Positions 57,201 through 64,000 of a stretch of DNA of 64,000 bases are shown here, piece by piece. This DNA comes from Tubulanus polymorphus (lineage: Eukaryota > Animalia > Nemertea). A model generated the notes under the pieces. That model did no database searches and was not told where the DNA came from. It saw only the letters and a list, made by a program, of their open reading frames with translations. The stretch lies in NCBI RefSeq assembly GCF_964204645.1, contig NC_134026.1:25330150-25394149 (forward strand), in the 5' to 3' direction. The position numbers and the translations under genes were made by a program. The stretch's first letter is position 1. Each line of letters opens with the position of its first letter.

Positions 57201-60030
57201 TTTGCTAAAAGATTAAAAGGTATATATATATATAATGGCATATATATATATATATATATGTATATGTATATATGGCATCGTATATTGTTGGAAGATTCTG
57301 GCATTTTCGACCCTTGTTTTTGTTATTGTAATATGGTTCATAAGCCGATTGTTATTCGCGAGCCATTGTACTGCGATTGTTGATTTGATATGACAAGGGG
57401 TGAAAATTTCCGCGTTAAAATTCTAGACAAGTATAAGGAACATGCCAAAACACTTATGTTTTAACTTACGGTAGGAGAATGAATGAAGTTTTCAGTTCGA
57501 TGAAACTACTGGAGATAGGGATTTGATGTGAATATATTTCTGATTCCTGATGATTCTTCCAATATTTCTTCTTTAATTCATCTTGTAACGATAATTATTG
57601 TTCTGAATTGTATAATTTCTAATTAATGTTTTTCATGGCCTGATTTCATGAACACAGCTACTATCAGTCGTCGTTTTTCTCTTTTAAAAAAAAAGTTAAA
57701 TCTATTTAGAGAAATTGTGTCGTTGTGGGCTAATGTAGCTTATATTAATGTCAAGCATTTATTATGGAGTAGTTAAAACCGATAACACAGAAAAAAATAT
57801 ATCCATAAATGGGTTTAACAGTATTCGTTTAGAGCCATTTCAGTTACAATACAGATTTTGATATATATGTACGCATACATATGATAAGACCCATATTATA
57901 TAGTGTCCTTTTTCCCATGTCCATTTCACAGACCACTACTGAAATTGGTTTTCTAGAAATTTCAGTTGCCTGTATATGGTCAGTCGCTTACCCTGCCACA
58001 TTCACAGATCAATAGATATATAAATGTTGGTTTCATTAGCGCTTATATTTTTTATGTCTGGTGAAAAATTAACAACAGTCCACATACATTGAAGTGAAAT
58101 CAATTATTTCTTCGGCGGAAAATGAATTGTGATCTGATCTGATTCGTTCATAGCATTATTACTAAGGCTGCTTCATTATAAGGGAAGGATACTTTTTCCA
58201 CAAGAAAACCATACAATTTTTGATACTAGAGGCTGTAAAAATTATTATGGAACCAGTTGGTCTTATTGTTGTCCCTATTGAAGAGTTTAATCATAAATAA
58301 TTATTAATATAAAAAAAAACTTTATCCATATATGCGCACGGCGTGCGTGTGTGTGTTAAGTATAATATATATATAGATATATCTACTTCAAACTATGTGT
58401 AGGTTTCTTTAAATGTTCTATTCGTCACAGTATGTGGTTTGTGAAACTTCGTTTAAATGCTTTGATCGCCATATTCTTTAGAATTGAATTTTTGAAGTCA
58501 TTCTAATTATTAGTAAATAGTTTATGTTTTCGTGTTTTGTTTCTTGCATTTACCGATACAGCTGGCTATTGTCGTGAAATTATACTTCTGAACTATGTGA
58601 ACGTGCAAAGTAAACTTTTAGCCTGTACGCTGGCGTAATTTTGTTCGTTCGGTTTAGATTATATTGAGGGTTGTTAGTTAATCATTATGTAGGTTCAAAT
58701 GTACTTTTAGACAGAAAAGATGTTTGCTTCGTTGTGACGTGTTCCTTTCATTTCCAGATTCCAAAAATAGTTAAACCTCTTCTTACAATATACTAAAGAT
58801 ATTACACGTGTATCACTAAAACCATGAAATTTATTCTTACTGAAAAAGTGAATAGCCTGAATTTTGTGATAGGAAATGCGTATGTATTTTTAGAAAGCAT
58901 ACTTAGCGGAAAGCCGACGCCTGTCGGTGAGAATTTCAACACAGTTCTTGGACTTGCAGGAATAGGCATTATATTTCTCCCTTGAGCCCCAGTATCAAAA
59001 TATTGTTAAATGTTATCTTTGTACTATTGTCATATAATGTGCTAGGAATACATTTCAATCCATCGGAGGATTTGAATCAGATTCCATCGGCTTGGCTTGA
59101 GTGATTGAAAAAAAAAACGAATTTATGTATATTTGTCGGCATATTATAGTCTTCTTGTTAAATATATAAATATGCTGCCTTTTAATCTTTCCCTGTGTGG
59201 TAGATTTTCTTATCATTATTAGTATTATTATTATTATATTATTATTATCATTTCTGCTAGTCCAAGTACTGCGCTAACAAACGATTGATGACAGTTTTAA
59301 TCAGTCTGTGAATGTTTTAAAGATACTTGCCATTCAAATTTTTAGGCATACATGCGTTATGGGTTAGAAAGTGGTTGCGTTGATTTTAACCGATTGATTT
59401 CTGTTTTCGGTGGTGCACGGGCCAGGCCCCCACGTTTGGTTACTTTAATGTATCGAATATCAAAAAAAGTATGTTTTAACCACTATTATTATTAAAGTGC
59501 GCTTTGAAACTGGAATGGCCGCCAGTTCTTGCCCATTTTGACGCTGTTTGCTCTCCTCAAAGTCTATAATTCCAAACTACTGCTATGTTATGATATCGTT
59601 GAATGATTAATTATATCTTTTCTTCTTCATCCCAATATCAGAGACAAACATGAATTAAATTCATATTAATTCCACATTTTTGAATATCTTCGCTCATCTT
59701 ATCCTGAAGTAATGCGAATGCATTGTATTTCATTTTCAACGTAGACAATTTGATACATACACGTATTCACAGTACGCGAGAACTGAAACGATGAACTTGA
59801 TCATTTTTACTAGAAAAGAAAATATTTTCATATATATACTACATTACAAAAATTTCTAAATATCTCAATTTTGAAAATAGGGCGTGCATTCCCTGTATTT
59901 CAGGATAAGATGCGTTCACTTCAGTCTTCAACTCAGCCGGCTGTCGTTTCTTATGTAGTTCGGTTGTATTGCAATATTTGTACTTTTACATGTCAAAAAT
60001 TACACAATAAATTGTATGAGAATGTATAAA
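54267..60030 (+). other. Probable extended AU-rich ELAV 3' UTR
   Basis: No exons recognised; U-rich tracts; AATAAA at 54269 and 54325 (proximal) and at 60006 (distal). The end is inferred. Confidence 0.45.
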
Positions 60031-60820
60031 AAAAATATCACATCTTCTGTTCATCTCTTATCAGCAGTGAGACATACATTCGGAGTTGAGACGGCAATTA
60101 CTCGATATGTCAATTTTTTTTAAACAAATTTCCAACTTCAGCTAGCTTTACTACTGAAGGACTCTTTGAAGTAAATATTCGCACATGGACAATTATTGAA
60201 ATTCGAAGACACCAAGCACCACTTTTTAAACAACTGCCGTGCTTAGGGACCTTGCAATCCGACTACATATGTGTATGTTCGTATCGGTAAGAAATGTCCT
60301 TGCTTTGAGCAGTTTGTTCCAGATGGTTTGAATAACAGCTGAATGAACACACAGGACGTGTGATGTTAGATCGTCCACTGTAGCAGAAAATTGAGAAGAT
60401 ATTTGATGAAATGCTATGAATAGCCGGCCAGCTTAAGCCGGCTAAGCTGGTTGCATAGCAAAGACAGAATCGCTGAAAATGTTTTTAAGTTTATTGCAGA
60501 CAGGTGCTCATAAAGAAACGCGAAGATTTTTTTTCGTGCAAGATCAGAACCAAACGTGAATTATTTAATGGATGATGAGTAATCGAGATGTTCTTATGTT
60601 GACCACGCAGGAAACACGAAGAAACGTGTAGATATCATCGTAGGGATTTGAAGAGCAGATTTGAAGGTAATGTGATCTATTTACAAGTTTGCATTGCTGA
60701 ACTTCGTCTAGTAATGAAATTTCTGGCATTTGCCAATAATTGTTAAAGTATGGGAAGAGGATGGAGAGAGAGAGAGAGAGAGGGAGAGAGAGTTCTGCAT
60801 CAGTGACACGGAGCCTTAGC

Positions 60821-60834
60821 GTTGCTATAGCAAC
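60821..60834. promoter_or_regulatory. Perfect palindromic RFX X-box
   Basis: GTTGCTATAGCAAC next to a (GA)n tract at 60763-60792. Confidence 0.5.
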
Positions 60835-62743
60835 CATTCCCCTCGTCTATCACCGTCCTTGGTGCCTTTCAGCGCTTAATGCATTTTCCTGTGTTCCTTA
60901 GTGGGCCCATAATGTATCGCCGACCCAGAATCATCAGCTCACTGAATTTTGTCATTAATGCCGGCTTGTCAAGAATTTATTGCCATAGTTTAACACTGCG
61001 ACATACACGCGCGCGAAATAAACGATATGCTCGAGAATATTGAAATGAACATCTGCAACATCTGGAAGAAGGCCAGAAATAGATAAGAACTATTCGTGAC
61101 GACAAACACTGGAAAATGACAAAATTGATAGAGACCACATATCATCGATGCGATGATACCGCCGAAATGAGTTTCGACAATAGCTTCGTTTTACACATCT
61201 TGGTTGAATAGGTGAATTAGTTCATTTTCTGTGATGGAAATCATTATTAGAAAAGTTTATTCGTTCGGCCGATGTATGGATACATAGAATCTCCGCATCT
61301 GGTGTGCTATGCGCTAAATTAACTATGCAATTAATTGTTATCATCGAATATATTCGCCTGTACTGAAGTGTTTTGTGCATGTACAAAAGAATAGAAAATC
61401 TGAATCGATGAATATATAGCTTGCAGTAAATTCAATTATGGTTAGGAAAAAAATTGATATTAAATGTACATGCAATAATATCACATGCTCGTATTTAACA
61501 GGTGCAGATAATTTTATTCCCTCCTGTGTCAGATGGTTTCGCAGTTTGGTTATTGTTAGTATAGTATAATCATTAATTGTACTACATATTACAACCTGTC
61601 TATTCAGTAAAGTATCTAAAAGAAATACCTGGATTTCATGGTTTTCTTGAAAAAGATGTTTAGCGCTAACAGATCGCGAAAAGTTTAAACATATTCTGTG
61701 ACTATCAGAAATGAAAATGTGCCAAACGAGGACTTCCGGATCCAGTATATTTTCTCGATTCCGTTCACTCACACGAAGCTCAAATCATATTTTAGATACA
61801 TGGATTAAATGAACCATGATAGGCTACATTTAATAAACACGTGTGCTGTCTCGTATGAAAACTCCAGTTTTTGAAAATTGAATATTAAATGATATATGAA
61901 TTCAGCCGACCTGATGTTTTGAAAGTGTATCAACTGGCGTCTGCAGAATTACGCGTCTGATTAAACAAGTAAATTGATTTGTTATGAGCAGTGGAGATTT
62001 TTTCATTAAATCCTAATTGAAACTTGATCTGTGTAACATTTTCCTCGACTATATATCCCGTACTGCTACTGGATATTTGATTAGTGCACCTGGCATTTCT
62101 TCATCGAGAATACTCTGGTGTTTTCTGTTAAAAAATAATATCGTTATTGTCGACGAACAAAAATGAGCTTACGATACAAAAATTGAAACCATACAACTAT
62201 ATTCCATTAAACCAGAAATAGAACAAGACACAGAATGAGATATTGGACTTGGCAATTTGAGATCTTACGTGTATTATGCGATATTTCACCAGCAGACACT
62301 CGTTGAATAAGGAAACCGGGTCTCGCATATATTTGAGATTCTACTCGATACAGAAAGGATATTTTATTGCGCAGAATATTGGGTTATATTCAGAAATATT
62401 GATTGCATCCATTATCTACTAATTGAATTAACTTGTATATTTCATGTAATTACAGCACGTCCAATATATATTGCTTTTCATGGTCGCTTTATAAATATTG
62501 ATGTTCTTTCGAGGCTAATCACGGGGATGTTATTATTTATGGTGAGGGCTACAGCCGACTGAGAAGATTAGATACATATATCACCAGGCCATTTCTGGCA
62601 ATCTCTTAAGTACTAGTTTCATGATAAAACCCCGGAATGAAATAATTAATTCAAAATACAGATTATAGACAAAACCAGTTGAGTACGGTAATCACATCGA
62701 CGAAACCTCTGCGAAAGGAGCGTGAAATGAAAGTTCAACTACG

Positions 62744-62844
62744 CTGGACCCGTTTCACAGTTTTGCGAACTAACTCCCGTTAAAAATATCTCAAACTCAA
62801 CTTCTAAGTCAACTTTTAACCCCAAACTGTCGAACTGGTTCCAG
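62744..62844. mobile_element. Short hairpin MITE-like repeat
   Basis: ctggacccgtttcacagttt ... aaactgtcgaactggttccag are imperfect inverted ends, similar to motifs at 5.8-6.3 kb. Confidence 0.5.
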
Positions 62845-64000
62845 AAACATTATCGAACGACCTGTCATTTCCGTATTAGCAGAATCTGAAACAGAGAGAA
62901 ATCAATATGAATGGTCCGGTAAGCAGGTTGATCTGGCCGATTCTCTTTTTCCATTTCTGAATCATCCACACGAAGTATTGATGTTGACAATGTCTTGTTT
63001 GCAGAAATGGAAAAGATCGATTTCCCCCGTGCACTAACCGTGCGGGCTTGCGTACACGGAATATGTACTGGAATATGTCACAGGAGCCGACTAGATGCAG
63101 CCGGAGCACATGATGTTTCCGCAATTTAGGACAATAGAGGATGTTATTGTTGTCTCATAATTGCTTCATTAGTTGTAGCACATCCATCACCCTAATCAAA
63201 GGCTTTGCCTAAATTACGCGCGCCGCTGATTTAAAATGCAAATGAGGAGTTCTCGCAGTATCAGACGGTAATGGAAATGGAATCGCAGATGGTTTAGCGG
63301 GATGTAGGCTATATAAATTGTCGTACTACCGACGGGTTCATGACTGGACGACCTCTCGATGGACGACATGCGAAACAAAGACAATCGGCCTTAAACGTCA
63401 TTTCTAGCAATTTCCTAACATTGATCGTAATAGATTTGTAATAAACATCTAACGCAGTTGGGCCATGTCGCGGTGCAAGTGCGCGTGTTAGTTGACGACT
63501 GACGACATTCGACTCACTCTAAAACTAGAAGAGAAAGATAAATTTCCGGAGACTGAAGTGCAAACTTTATCACCATGGTGACTGTGTTAGGTAAACAAAA
63601 CCGAGTCGCTTAATCAAATTGAGATTCCATCACCAGCGGGCAATTAAATTTAGAAAAATTAGCGAGAGGCGCTAAATAGCGACGGGAATCCTCGTAGCCA
63701 CGTAGGACAAAGGGCAGCATTTACTACTCCGTGTATTTCTAAGTAAATCTGAAGTGAATTCTTCCGTAGAGCGCTCGATGCCTCACGTATGCTTTATACG
63801 ACCGCGGCCTATTTACGATGTTCAGTCCCCTCCGTATATATTTGAACAGCGAAATGCAATCATGTCTCTAACCGGCGCAGTAGCCATCTTCGTCGTGTGT
63901 GTGTGAGAGAGAGAGAGAGTATTATTAAGTGTATACAGACGTCGTTTCCGCATTTGCAGTTCGTGCCAATAAAGACAGCGTTCGAAACACCGGAGGGATG

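Noticed and set aside
60851-60875. NRSE/RE1-like motif near ELAV
   Set aside because: Several mismatches in the core, and REST is not established outside chordates.

Overview
AT-rich animal genomic DNA with spliceosomal introns, probably from a non-arthropod invertebrate (lophotrochozoan-like; species cannot be determined from sequence alone). In order: a decayed or non-coding spliced locus with duplicated exons (~2.1-5.7 kb); MITE-like elements; tRNA-Ser(GCT) on -; the 32-coding-exon RNA polymerase I largest subunit gene POLR1A (+, 8067-24630); AGBL4/CCP6 (-, 26155-34109, one U12-type intron); and, head-to-head with it, an ELAV/Hu gene (+, ~37680-54266) with a probable multi-kb 3' UTR. The main hidden feature is in the one oversized POLR1A intron (17256-24182): ~4.8 kb of fossil negative-strand RNA virus L (polymerase) gene on the - strand. 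It is broken by stops and frameshifts and so appears only as fragments in the ORF track, but hand translation gives endonuclease and RdRp F-A-B-C-D/E motifs in bunyavirus order, resembling hantavirus L. Other notable items are an in-frame ELAV RRM1 microexon with three frame-preserving donors, a duplicated ELAV hinge exon, a perfect 97-bp inverted repeat in an ELAV intron, and AGBL4-ELAV synteny matching human AGBL4-ELAVL4. Exon boundaries and motif matches were read by eye; no database search was run.
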